Positions 1-13,288 of a stretch of DNA of 64,000 nucleotides are shown here, piece by piece. Origin of the DNA: an uncultured delta proteobacterium (GTDB lineage Bacteria; Myxococcota_A; Polyangia; Fen-1088); assembly GCA_963767925.1 (NCBI GenBank), contig CAVYGB010000008.1:384001-448000 (forward strand), given 5' to 3'. A model generated the notes under the pieces. That model was not told the DNA's origin. It saw only the letters and a program-made list of their open reading frames with translations, and did no database searches. Each line of letters begins with the position of its first letter. Within the stretch, counting starts at the first letter, position 1. The translations under genes and the position numbers were made by a program.

Positions 1-588
1 AAAAACACCCCATAGAAGCGGAGCGCCAGCGCGCAAGCTCATCTAGTCCTCCGGGCCCCAGTAAATGTAGGCGGGTTCGAACAGTGTGTAGCATGAGCGA
101 CGGACCTGTTCACTCGGGGGCGGCGCGGGATCATGGCGGGATATCGAGTCATCGAATAATGGCTCGTGACGACTAAAGATCGCGCCCTGGAGCCCATGGA
201 GAATTGCGTTGGGGATAATTGGAATATATGAACGTCGGGACCAGATCGAAGAGCGGCGGTTCGGTGCCAGCGAGACGCAGTCGAGGCGCCAATTAGGCGG
301 GTAACCTTCTGCGGGAGAGTCTCGCGAAATAATAGCGGACCACGATGGGTTCACAGCCCCTCGTAGACCGCCACGCTCAGCCGTCGCTGTGGCGCACCTA
401 CAGCTCGCACACCGATATCGCGGTTTTCTGATCCGCTGAACGCAACGGCGACGACTACCTCGCCTTTTTCAGTTCGCCTCCGCCCTGATTGCCTTCAACG
501 CTTCGTCTCGTGCGTAATCCACAGGTTTCAGCGGTTGGCTCCTGAGTCGGGGTAGCGACTGGATTCCGTGTGGAACCATCGGCTAATC

Positions 589-2679
589 TCACGAGTCCGT
601 GCATCGAAAATCATCCGAGCAGGAAAACGGCGGCTCGCATTCGGGGCGTCCAGTCTCACTGTCCCTTCGGCAACAATCCTGGCCCATTTTTCCACACGAA
701 CTGGGATCCACGCAGATGTTGCGGATGTTGGGAACGAGCGGGAATTTGCAGGGCACAACGGGGCATACGCGTTGGTTAGAGTTGCCGCACGAGTTGGTAT
801 CTACGCAGATGCTCTCCCGAGAACTCCTGAGGCACGCCAGGCTCCTGCCATCTGGAGTAAAGCGGCAGGTGCCATCACTACAACATGGCAGATTGAGCTG
901 GCCGCACGTTATGCATTGACCGTTCGCGCATCCCAACCCTCCACACTCGTTGTTTCGTTCCGGACCGTTTACACATCCGCCCGACCCGCAGTCCCGGCAA
1001 GCGCCGCAATCTGCGGGCATGCAAATCGATTCGCAAGCATCCCGTTCAGGCCGACAGCGCTCCCCACTCTGGCACTGCCTTGCCTGGCAGGCTCCTCCTC
1101 GACATTCTTCGCAGTTTCCGCAGGTTTCGGTGTTGCTCTGGCAAACTCCGCCTCGACAAGTGTTGGGTTTGTCGTTGGTCTTTCCGGTGCAGGTCGAGGA
1201 TCTGTCTCCGCAGGGCACGCCCTCCCTGTTCCTAGGCCGACACTCACGTCGTCCCGACGAGCAGTCTAATCGGAATTCTCGGCATTCCTCGTTGCTGTCG
1301 CCGCAGGGTGCGTCTTGAATGCAATCAAGGGCGCAGCTTCCCCCCCGACATATCCGATCGGAACCGCAAGCTTGGCCCTCCCTGCCTGAACTGCATGTAC
1401 CACCCGGTCCTGTGCACGTCTGGCAACCGTTGCACATCTGGGTGCAGCACCGGTTGTCGGCGCAACGGTTGGACAGGCACTGGCTTGCAGCGTCGCAACT
1501 TGCTCCGTTGGCTCGTCTGCAATCGGGGTCTTCGGTGCAACCCGTGGGGCACTGGGCATCGGCAGGGCCGCACGCCCGCGGCATCTCAATGCACTCGAAG
1601 TTGCACTGGCTCTCACTGCCTCGTCCCGTGCGGAGCGTATCTCGGTCACTGCGACACTCGCCTCGTCTTCGTGCGCATTCAGCTGCCGGTTCGCACGTTT
1701 CCCCGCGTTCGATGACACTGTTGTCGCAACTTGGCTGGCAATCACCGTCGTTGTTGCTGTTGCACCCGCTGGGGCAACACCCATCGCCGGAGGCGCACAT
1801 CGTTTGCAGTCGAGAGTTCTCGCAAGTTGCCCTGCAGGTTCCCGCGTTGCGAAGCTCTCGTAGTTGGCAGCCCATCGGCGGACAGGAGGCAGGACAGGAC
1901 GACAGAGGGTCGCAGGTCTCTCCGACGTCCTTCACACCGTCGCCGCAGCGGATTTGGCAGTCAATGTCATTTCCCGTGTTGCAGCCTGGAGGGCAGCACC
2001 CATCGCCCGCGATGCAAGTCGTTTGTAGGCGGTCGTTCACACATTCGGCGCTGCAGGTCCCGGGATTTATTAGCTTGCGGAGCTGACAGGCGTCAGCGGG
2101 ACAGCTTGTGGGACAAGAGTCGGGCGGGTCACAGGTTTCGTTGCTTTCCTTGACGCCATTCCCGCACACGACGGAACAGTCACTGTCGTTGGTCGTGCTA
2201 CATCCGGGGGGGCAGCACTGGTCGTTCGGCTTGCAGATCGTCACCGCCTCGACTTCCACGCAGGTGGCCGTACATGCACTGGGGGAGCCTTGGAGCGAGA
2301 ACGCTGTGCAGCCACGATTGGGACAACTCGTAGGGCATGCGGCTATCGGGTCGCACGTCTCACCACGTTCGAGAACCCCGTTTCCGCACTGGGCCGCACA
2401 GTCCATGTCCGTGATGCTGGAACAGGTTTCCGGGCAACAGGCATCGCTGGTCACCAAGTCGCAGATGGTCCCGCACCCCTGCGTACTCGAAGGTAGCCCG
2501 TCCCGACTCTGGGCCGAACCGTCTGCCACTCCTCTGACCCCAGAATCTGTCGCCGTTGGAATGCTCGGGTCTTCCGCGGTGTACTGGTTTGGCTTGTTAA
2601 GGCAGTGCGTCGCAAGCAGGGTCGATAGGAGCGCCAGGTTCGGTCGTGAGCGGGCCGCCCTCAGAAGTCGAGCTTTCAT
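589..2679 (-). CDS. Secreted or lipoprotein cysteine-rich repeat protein (myxobacterial CGNG..E..ETCD-type repeats)
   Basis: 696-aa ORF with a hydrophobic N-terminus (LALLSTLLATHC). It has about 3.5 copies of a ~73-aa unit (CGNGV.E.GETCDP...CP.SCP...C...TC...DGCCP.GC...ND.DC) followed by further Cys-rich modules. GC is visibly lower than in the rest of the window. Confidence 0.85.
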   Translation of the reverse strand: MKARLLRAARSRPNLALLSTLLATHCLNKPNQYTAEDPSIPTATDSGVRGVADGSAQSRDGLPSSTQGCGTICDLVTSDACCPETCSSITDMDCAAQCGNGVLERGETCDPIAACPTSCPNRGCTAFSLQGSPSACTATCVEVEAVTICKPNDQCCPPGCSTTNDSDCSVVCGNGVKESNETCDPPDSCPTSCPADACQLRKLINPGTCSAECVNDRLQTTCIAGDGCCPPGCNTGNDIDCQIRCGDGVKDVGETCDPLSSCPASCPPMGCQLRELRNAGTCRATCENSRLQTMCASGDGCCPSGCNSNNDGDCQPSCDNSVIERGETCEPAAECARRRGECRSDRDTLRTGRGSESQCNFECIEMPRACGPADAQCPTGCTEDPDCRRANGASCDAASQCLSNRCADNRCCTQMCNGCQTCTGPGGTCSSGREGQACGSDRICRGGSCALDCIQDAPCGDSNEECREFRLDCSSGRRECRPRNREGVPCGDRSSTCTGKTNDKPNTCRGGVCQSNTETCGNCEECRGGACQARQCQSGERCRPERDACESICMPADCGACRDCGSGGCVNGPERNNECGGLGCANGQCITCGQLNLPCCSDGTCRFTPDGRSLACLRSSRESICVDTNSCGNSNQRVCPVVPCKFPLVPNIRNICVDPSSCGKMGQDCCRRDSETGRPECEPPFSCSDDFRCTDS

Positions 2680-3034
2680 GAAGACTCCGAGTGTTGCAGG
2701 ATTCTTGGACGCGAGGCAGAAGGTGCCCTCCTACATCAGCGCCCCTGCGCTCATCAAGCTGCAAGTCGATGCAGCTAGGGGTCGTTTCGGAGCGAACGCT
2801 TCTCGAATTCCGTGGGCGTGAGGGGTCGGTCGCCGGTCCAGTGCACGCATTGTCCGAATCTCAAACGAACGCGAAGGTTCCTTTCCTGTGACGCAGCGCC
2901 GGCACACGCGCTAGGAGTTCAAGCCCGGCGAAGGTCTAAACGGACCAGTGAACGAAGCGGAACGGTCCAGCGGCGGCGCGGCGGCAGCGGATACGCTCGA
3001 GAACTCGCGTCGTCATTTCCACCAAGGAGCTTCC

Positions 3035-4356
3035 ATGTGGTGCCGTCCGGTCCTCCGTCTCGTTCCATCCCTCGCGCTCGCGGCGCAGCTCGCCTGTACG
3101 GCGCAGGCCCCCGGCGGCTCAGGCGGTAGCGGAGGCGCGGGCGGCGGCGGGACGGGGGGGGGAGCGGAGCCCCGACCGCAGGTCGGCCGGTGACCCCGCC
3201 TGGCTCGGGCGGTAGCGGGGGCGCGGCGGGCAGTGGCGGGGCGGCTGGCTCGGCCGGAGCGCCGGGTAGCACCGGCGGCGCCGGAGGCAACGGCGGCTCC
3301 CAGCCCCGGACGGACGCCGGCGGTCCGAGCCGCGACGGGGGCGGTCCGGCCGACGGCCGCGCCCCCGATGTCGGGGGGCCCAACAACGCCGGCGCGGGTC
3401 CCACCGCGCCGCCACCGCGGGAGTTCCAGACCCCCGGCATCGTCGTTTACTGGGGCCAGAACGGGGTGGGCAACCGGATTGTCGACACGACGAAGCATGA
3501 GAAGTCGCTGGCCGATACCTGCCAGGACAACCCGCACTACGAGATGGTCGTCGTCGGGTTCGTGATCGATTTCTTCAGCATCGACAACGTGGATAGGACC
3601 CCTCGGGTCAACTTCTCCAAGCACTGCACCAGCGTGAACGCCTACGATGCTGACCACAAAAGGCTCTACCGGTGCGATGAGATCGCCAGAGGGGTGAACG
3701 AATGTCAGCGACTCAACAAAAAGGTTCTCATCTCCCTGGGCGGCGCCCCCGGTCCGGCCAGTCTGTATGGGTTCAAGAATGACGACGAGGCGCGCACGTT
3801 TGCTCAGACTACCTGGGATCTTTTCCTGGGCGGCCAGTCGAATTTCCGACCGTTCACGACTGCAATCCTAGACGGCGTCGACCTCGACATCGAGCGTGCG
3901 CCATCTACCGGCTATGCAGCCTACGTGACGAGGCTCAGGCAGCTCATGGATTCAGATAAGAGCCGCCGGTGGTACGTCACCGCCGCGCCCCAATGCCCCT
4001 TCCCCGACGCCCACCTGGGGCCCGGGCCCGGACGGGCGCTGGGGGACGTTCCCCGGCTGTTCGATTTTCTCTTCGTCCAGTTTTACAACAACTTCTGCGG
4101 GCTCTTTAACCCGGACTTCTTCCAGTCGAGCTTCAACTCCTGGGCCGGAGTGGGCCCGAAGATCATGGTGGGCCTACCGGCCCGGGCCGACGCGGGCGGC
4201 GGCTTCGTCGGTCGCGGCGGGGTGCCGGCTGTGCTCAACCGGGTGAAGGGTTCGCCCAACTTCGGCGGCGTGATGCTCTGGGATGCCTCCTACGATCAGA
4301 ACAGCGAAGAGGGCGGCGTCCGCTTCAGCCAGTTCATCGACACCCAGATCCCCTGA
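3035..4356 (+). CDS. GH18 class III (hevamine/Cts1-like) chitinase, lipoprotein with Gly-rich linker; frameshift in G9 tract 3154-3162
   Basis: RBS AAGGAG precedes ATG 3035, and the signal ends LAAQLAC. Catalytic motif DGVDLDIE; class III motifs VYWGQN, LISLGG, AAPQCPFPD, VQFYNN, GGVMLWD. One extra G joins the N-terminus to ORF 3190..4356. Confidence 0.9.
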
Positions 4357-4377
4357 CCGGCTGGCTCGGTCGCTCGC

Positions 4378-6323
<1,946 letters not shown>

Positions 6324-6415
6324 ATGGTAGCGCAGGCGCCGGCCGGGGCCGCCGCGGCGGTGATGTGTCAGGGCGCTTGGCGTGGCGTGGGTTTCGGGGT
6401 AGATGTCCTCCCGCC

Positions 6416-6685
6416 ATGGCCGAGAAAACCGAGTCGTCGAAGCCCGCTCCCGCCAAGACCCAGGCCCCCTCCGGGGAGGCCGCGGAGCGCTGCCAGGTCG
6501 CCAAATGCAAGCAGCCCATCCGGGCCAAGGGCTACTGCCGCAAGCACTACCTCGGCTGGCGCCGCGGGGACCTCGGCAAGAAGGCGCGCTACAAAACGTG
6601 TAGCAAGGAAGGCTGCCGCAAGCCGGCCACCGCCGCGGGCCGCTGCGCCGAGCACAAGAAGGGCGCCGCTGCGGAAGCGGCCTAG
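6416..6685 (+). CDS. Small basic protein with two CX4C...GxCxxH putative zinc-binding motifs (myxobacterial 'vegetative protein'-like)
   Basis: MAEKTESS...CQVAKC...GYCRKHY...CSKEGC...GRCAEH; Lys/Arg-rich; lies immediately upstream of murA. Confidence 0.7.
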   Translation: MAEKTESSKPAPAKTQAPSGEAAERCQVAKCKQPIRAKGYCRKHYLGWRRGDLGKKARYKTCSKEGCRKPATAAGRCAEHKKGAAAEAA

Positions 6686-6740
6686 CCAGCGCCCGGCACC
6701 CGCCGTCCCGGCGGATCGCTTATTGCTCTGAAGGTCCGTC

Positions 6741-8001
<1,261 letters not shown>

Positions 8002-8008
8002 GGTCCGC

Positions 8009-8723
8009 ATGCCGAGCAAGCGAAGCAAGCGGGCGGCGCCGGCCGGAGGCCCGAGCGCCCAGCTCGACCCGGCGACCCGACCCCTCACCCTGGCCCTCCC
8101 GCGCGGCCGGATCCTCGAGGAGGCCATCGCCCTGTTTCAGCGGGCGGGCATCGATCTCAGCCCGGTGACCGCCGCCCGGGCGGGCCGCCGCCTGATCATT
8201 CCCCTCGAGGAGGAGGGGCTGCGGGTGCTCATCGTGCGCGACACCGACGTGCCCGCCTACGTCGAGTACGGCGCCGCCGACCTCGGGATCGCCGGGCGGG
8301 ACGTGCTCGAGGAGCAGGGTCGGGATCTGTACGAGCCCGTCGATCTGGGCATCGGGCGCTGCCGGATGGCGGTGGCCGAGCGGGTCGACCACCCGGTCGA
8401 CGAGGCCGCCCACCTGCACCTGCGCTACGCCACGAAGTTCCCCGAGATCACCCGCCGGCACCTGCAGTCCCGGGGCATCGTGGCCGAGGTGATCAAGCTC
8501 TACGGCTCGATCGAGATCGCCCCCCTGGTGGGGCTGGCCGACCGGATCGTCGACCTGGTCTCCAGCGGTGAGACGCTGCGGCAGCACCACCTGCGCGAAG
8601 TCGAGACCGTCATGGAGGTCAGCGCCCGCCTGTGTGTAGGCCGGGCCGCGGCCAAGCTGGCCGCCGACCCGCATCGACGACCTCGTGCGCCGCCTCGAGG
8701 AAGCCGTCCGTCAGGCGCGCTGA
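8009..8723 (+). CDS. hisG: ATP phosphoribosyltransferase, short form; frameshift near 8670
   Basis: [62 protein letters not shown]; murA-hisG synteny. Confidence 0.95.
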
Positions 8724-8784
8724 CCGTCATTTTTCCCAGCCTTTTCCTTTATTGTTGGTCGCTTCCTGGGCACAATTGCCACTC

Positions 8785-9483
8785 ATGCCCGGCACCGACC
8801 TCCGGGAGTTCCTGAGACGAGAGCTGCGACGGCACCCCCGGGTGGCGCATCAGACTCTCTTCGAGGGGGAGCCTGCGCAAGAACGTCTGGCGGCGCCGTT
8901 GCCCAGCTTCGTTCCGTTCAAGGGTCAGGCCTATTTCGCCGGCTTGTGGCTGCTCGACTGGGACCACCGGCTCCCCTCGCGCGACCTGGTGCTGCGCCTC
9001 TACGCCTACTACAGCGAGGATAGCCGCCAGCTCGGGTTGCGCAGCCTGGCCGAGCGCGACGCCCAGATCACCCGGGAGGACCTCTTCCCCGAGTTCGACG
9101 TCCCCGACTACGCAGGCCTTTTCGCCGACGAGGCCTACGAGAGCGAGCTGACCCTGGAGGGGGAGGCCAAGCGGTTCCGCCTGGTGAGCGACTGGCGCCG
9201 CGAGGTGGAGCCGGGCGTCGGGCGCAAGGCCGAGGAGATCGTCCGGGTCTCCACCGCGTTCCGGGAGCTCGCCAGTCAGGTCCGGACCCGGCCGCCGGGC
9301 CTCGGGGACCTGGAGGCGGCCGAGTGGGCGCCGCCCAGCGAGAGCGGGCACGCCCGCTGGGGCATCGATGTGTGGTATCTGCGCAGCTTCAACGGCATGG
9401 TGGGGGAGGGGACGGCCTTCCTCGTGGACGTCGACGAGGGCCGGGTGGTGGGCCAGCGCGACTTCCAGTTCCGTGCCGGATGA
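8785..9483 (+). CDS. Hypothetical protein
   Basis: 232-aa ORF with host-like codon usage; its stop overlaps the next ATG (ATGA). Confidence 0.75.
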   Translation: MPGTDLREFLRRELRRHPRVAHQTLFEGEPAQERLAAPLPSFVPFKGQAYFAGLWLLDWDHRLPSRDLVLRLYAYYSEDSRQLGLRSLAERDAQITREDLFPEFDVPDYAGLFADEAYESELTLEGEAKRFRLVSDWRREVEPGVGRKAEEIVRVSTAFRELASQVRTRPPGLGDLEAAEWAPPSESGHARWGIDVWYLRSFNGMVGEGTAFLVDVDEGRVVGQRDFQFRAG

Positions 9484-10658
9484 TGCAGGCGGACCGATCC
9501 CTGCCAGCCCGCATCCGACTCCCGCTGGCCCTCGTAGGGATCGCCCTGGGGATGGTCATCCCGGCGGCGGCCCGGGCCCACGACGAGAGCGTGAGCGCCT
9601 CCGACGTGGTGATCGAGGACCGGCAGGTGATCTGGCGGGTGGACGTGGGGCTCGCCGGGCTGGCCAAGGTGATCGACTTCGGACGCCCGGCCACCGCCGG
9701 GGAGCTCGCCCTGGTCGAGGCCTCGGAGATCGAAGCGCGCAAGGCGGCCATCGGCGCCTATCTGCAGCGCGGGCTGCAGGTCTTCCTCGACGGCCAGCCG
9801 CAGCCGACCCCGGCCACCCTGGGGGCGCTCGCGCCGCTGCGGGAGGTGCTGGAGCCGGGGGGCCCCCCTGGCATCACCCGCGTGTCGCTGGAGCTGCGCT
9901 ACGCCAGCCCCCGGCCCCTGCAGGAGGTGCGGGCCCGGATCGGCCTGTTCTCCGATCTGACCAGCACCCACCGGGCGGTGCTGAAGGTGCGCTGGGGGGA
10001 CGAGGCCACCCAGCTCGCTCGCCTCGGCGTCAGCGAGGTGCTGCTCGAGCGGGGGCGGATCGACCCCGGCCCCTGGACCCTCGCCTGGGACTTCCTGCGC
10101 TGGGGGGCCCACCACATCTTCATCGGCTACGACCACATCGCCTTCCTGCTGGCGCTCTTGCTGGCGGTGGGCCGGCTGCGGTCGTTGCTGCTCATCATCA
10201 CGTCCTTCACCGTCGCCCACAGCCTGACCATCCTCCTGGCGGCGCTCGACGTCGTCCGGATGCCCCCCCGGGTGACCGAGGCTCTGATCGCCGCCTCCAT
10301 CGTGTGGGTGGCGCTGGAGAACGCGGTCCTGGGGGTGCGGGCGCGGCCGCGCCGCTGGCTCCTGACCTTTGCCTTCGGGCTGGTGCACGGCCTGGGCTTC
10401 GCCGAGATCCTGCGCGAACGCCTGGCGGAGGCTCCGGGGGGCGTGTTGCTGCCCGTGATCGCCTTCAACCTTGGGGTCGAGCTGGGGCAGGCGGTGCTGG
10501 TGGCGGCCGCCTTTCCCCTGCTGGTCTGGCTCCGGCGCGGCGCCGGTGAACCGCTGGCCCCCGAGGCAGCCCGGACGCGTCAGGAGCGCATCCTCCGCCT
10601 CGGCTCCCTCCCCATCGCCCTGCTCGGCCTGATCTGGCTCGTCCAGCGCCTGCTGTGA
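9480..10658 (+). CDS. HupE/UreJ-family membrane protein with N-terminal periplasmic domain
   Basis: Signal ending ARAH; HIFIGYDHIAFL, FTVAHSLT, FGLVHGLGFA, FNLGVELGQ. Confidence 0.9.
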   Translation: MMQADRSLPARIRLPLALVGIALGMVIPAAARAHDESVSASDVVIEDRQVIWRVDVGLAGLAKVIDFGRPATAGELALVEASEIEARKAAIGAYLQRGLQVFLDGQPQPTPATLGALAPLREVLEPGGPPGITRVSLELRYASPRPLQEVRARIGLFSDLTSTHRAVLKVRWGDEATQLARLGVSEVLLERGRIDPGPWTLAWDFLRWGAHHIFIGYDHIAFLLALLLAVGRLRSLLLIITSFTVAHSLTILLAALDVVRMPPRVTEALIAASIVWVALENAVLGVRARPRRWLLTFAFGLVHGLGFAEILRERLAEAPGGVLLPVIAFNLGVELGQAVLVAAAFPLLVWLRRGAGEPLAPEAARTRQERILRLGSLPIALLGLIWLVQRLL

Positions 10659-10660
10659 GC

Positions 10661-10692
10661 GCGGGACCTCCGGCGAGGTCCCGCTATTTTTC
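10661..10692 (+). terminator. Intrinsic terminator
   Basis: Perfect 10-bp stem GCGGGACCTC-cggc-GAGGTCCCGC followed by TATTTTT, between convergent genes. Confidence 0.8.
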
Positions 10693-10704
10693 TGCGGCGG
10701 CCGC

Positions 10705-11928
10705 TCAGCGCTGGATCTGGATGCCGAGGAAGAGCAGGTCGTTCTTCAGGCCGGCGGCGTCGAGGCGCTGGTAGCCCAGGGCCAGCCGGGCGGCGTGCTC
10801 CTGGACGGCGTAGCCGACCTGGGCGTCGAAGATGTTCCAGTTGCCGCCGTTCGCGGCCTTGGCCCGCTGGAAGCGCACCATCGGCTGCAACCGGCCGATG
10901 CCCACTGGTTCGGGCAGAAGGAGGCTGACCAGGCCGTAATAGTGGTAGTCGACCGGCTCGTAGGTCCCGGAGAAGACGTAGAGCGCAGCCTCCAGGTCGA
11001 GGATCCCCAGGCTGGAGAGCGTCCGCTCCACCAGGAGATCGGCGGAGAAGCCGGTGTAGTCGGCGGGCGGTGCCACCACCACCTCCGGGGGGACCGGTGG
11101 CGGGCCCAGCGATCCCTTCTTCTTGTACTGGGCGTTCACCCCGATCGCCGCGACGTCGCGGCCACCGTAGTAGGTGCTCGAGTGGTAGTAGCCCGGCTCG
11201 GGGCTGCCGAGGCTCAGGTTCAGGCGGCCGGAGAAGAGGGGACTCTCCGCGGGTACGCCCAGGTCGTACACGCCGGCGAAGTACTTCACCACGCCCTCGT
11301 CGATCTGACCCCAGACGGTCACCCCGTCGCTCCGGCCGAAGGCCCCCGCCCGGGGACCGACCGGCACGGCGCCGGGGATGTACCCGCCGGGATAGTTCCA
11401 GGCGCTCATGTACCAGGGACCGCTGACGTTGGAGCGGTCCGAGGGGACCAGCATGCGGCCGAACCAGACGTTGAAGGGCTGGGACAGCTCGAACTTCACG
11501 ATCAGATCCAGGATCTGCGCCCGTCCGACGTTGTCGGTGCCCGGCCCGAAGTTTCCCGGTCCGTAGGTGGCGACGAAGTCGGCCTGCCAGCCGACCTTCG
11601 GGTGGATCCGGCCGCCGAGCAGCAGGTCGACCTCCGCGTCGACGAAGGCGTCGGCCTCGCCGGCCGAGGGCCGTGAGATGTTGTTGCCGAGACGGCCCCA
11701 GACGTTGATGTCGATGGCCCGGGTTCCCGCCTCGTCCGGACCGGCGGTCCCCTGTACGACATTGTCGTCGGTCGGCGTCTCCACAACCGGCTCGCTCGAC
11801 TTTGCCCCCGAGGCTCCGGCGCCCTGTCGCTTGGCCCGGGGAGCCGCGGAGACCTGAAGGGGCAGCAGGATTGCCGCGGCCAGCACGAGAAAGCCACGCA
11901 CCTGCGACAGGTTAGGGCCTGAGATCAT
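10705..11928 (-). CDS. Outer-membrane porin (OprO/P or FmdC-like)
   Basis: Signal peptide, FNVWFGRMLVPSDRSN.SGPWY motif, amphipathic beta strands and a C-terminal LFLGIQIQR strand. Confidence 0.75.
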   Translation of the reverse strand: MISGPNLSQVRGFLVLAAAILLPLQVSAAPRAKRQGAGASGAKSSEPVVETPTDDNVVQGTAGPDEAGTRAIDINVWGRLGNNISRPSAGEADAFVDAEVDLLLGGRIHPKVGWQADFVATYGPGNFGPGTDNVGRAQILDLIVKFELSQPFNVWFGRMLVPSDRSNVSGPWYMSAWNYPGGYIPGAVPVGPRAGAFGRSDGVTVWGQIDEGVVKYFAGVYDLGVPAESPLFSGRLNLSLGSPEPGYYHSSTYYGGRDVAAIGVNAQYKKKGSLGPPPVPPEVVVAPPADYTGFSADLLVERTLSSLGILDLEAALYVFSGTYEPVDYHYYGLVSLLLPEPVGIGRLQPMVRFQRAKAANGGNWNIFDAQVGYAVQEHAARLALGYQRLDAAGLKNDLLFLGIQIQR

Positions 11929-12036
11929 GTAACGTTCTCCTTTGTTCTTGCGCCCTTACCCGCCACTGCACGCCGCTACCCGTACCACGTAATGGGAAAA
12001 CGGGGTATCGGTCCCGGTCGCGATGCGCCGCCGGTC

Positions 12037-12052
12037 TTGACCGTAGGGTCAA
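12037..12052. promoter_or_regulatory. Palindromic operator-like site TTGACC-N4-GGTCAA
   Basis: Perfect 6-bp inverted repeat between the divergent porin and CBS genes. Confidence 0.4.
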
Positions 12053-12247
12053 TCCATGAAGTGAAAGCGCATCGGCGGAGCGGACTGCACCTTCCGACGG
12101 GTCCGGGCACGTAGGGTGCTGGTAGACTGTTCGTCAGCCGCTTATCGTCGGTCTCTAACGTCCGTCTTTATCGCCTGGCTTTGTCGTCTGGCTTGGGTCG
12201 TGAGGCTTGGGTTTTGTTCCTGGGTCACGAGCGCGGGGAGGCACGCC

Positions 12248-13288
12248 ATGAGCAGGAAGAGCGCGGGGCGATCGAGTGAGGTGCGGTCAGAGTCGCGGAG
12301 CGGGTCGCCGGGGTGGCGGGTGGACGCCAGCCTCCCGGTGGCGACCTTCATGAGGCGGGATGTCGCGTACCTGAGGGACAACATGTGGGTCGACGCGGCC
12401 TTGAGCTTCCTCTCGGAGCGTGGGCTGCACGACGCCCCCGTCCTCGACTGGGAGGGCCGCCCGGTGGGGGTCCTGTACGTCGACGACGTGGAGACCGAGG
12501 ACTCGTTCGGCGAGAGCGACTCCGAGCGCCTGAGCGCCGAGGGCGACGAGGTGCCCGCCAAAAGCCTGGCGGGGGAGCTGCGGCGTGGTTACGGCCTGGG
12601 CCCCGGGTTCCACCTCGACGACCGCCGCCGGCTGCGCGTGTGCGAGGTGATGGTCCCGTACGTGCCCGAGATCTCGGCGGAGGCCTCGATCGCCAGTGTC
12701 GGTCTCGTCATGCAGGACCATCAGCTCGACCACGTCATGGTGGTGGGGGACGACGGACGGGCGGTGGGGACCTTCTCGCGCGACGAGCTCGTCGACTGGC
12801 TGGTCCAGCAGACCAGCGGCGCCCGGGCCCACGAGGGGTTCGAGGGCCGTTTCCTCCGGGACGTCATGCGGCCGCTCATCTCCGTCCGCCGCCGGGCCTC
12901 GTTGCTGAGCGCCCGCGATCTGCTGGCCACCCACGACCTCGAGGAGCTACCGGTTGTCGAGGCCGGCCGCGTGGTGGGGGTGGTCAGCGAAGCGGACATC
13001 TACAGCGTGGTTTCAGTCCGGCGAGACCAGCGCCTGCCGAACGACCCGCGCGAGGAGGACGGCTGGATGCAGGAGCTGCTGGTGGAGGACATCATGAAGT
13101 CGCCGCCGCTGGTGCGCAGCCCGGACGACGAGCTCGAGAGCGTGATGCCGGCGCTGCGGGCCAGCCGGGCAGGCTGTCTGCTCGTCGAGCACGACGGTCG
13201 CGTCATCGGCATCGTGAGCCTGCGTGACCTCGAGGAGCGCTCCGAAAGCTGGGCGCCGTCGGGGCCGCGGCCTCACCTCAGCTACTAG
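12248..13288 (+). CDS. CBS-domain protein (four CBS motifs)
   Basis: Four repeats of V..(F/V/I)M...V......PV(V/L)..GR.VG(V/I)(V/L)S; RBS GGAGG before ATG 12248. Confidence 0.85.
   Translation: MSRKSAGRSSEVRSESRSGSPGWRVDASLPVATFMRRDVAYLRDNMWVDAALSFLSERGLHDAPVLDWEGRPVGVLYVDDVETEDSFGESDSERLSAEGDEVPAKSLAGELRRGYGLGPGFHLDDRRRLRVCEVMVPYVPEISAEASIASVGLVMQDHQLDHVMVVGDDGRAVGTFSRDELVDWLVQQTSGARAHEGFEGRFLRDVMRPLISVRRRASLLSARDLLATHDLEELPVVEAGRVVGVVSEADIYSVVSVRRDQRLPNDPREEDGWMQELLVEDIMKSPPLVRSPDDELESVMPALRASRAGCLLVEHDGRVIGIVSLRDLEERSESWAPSGPRPHLSY

Noticed and set aside
43..354. 103-aa minus-strand ORF at the window start
   Set aside because: No recognisable motif, atypical composition and no clear RBS; I cannot support it as a gene.
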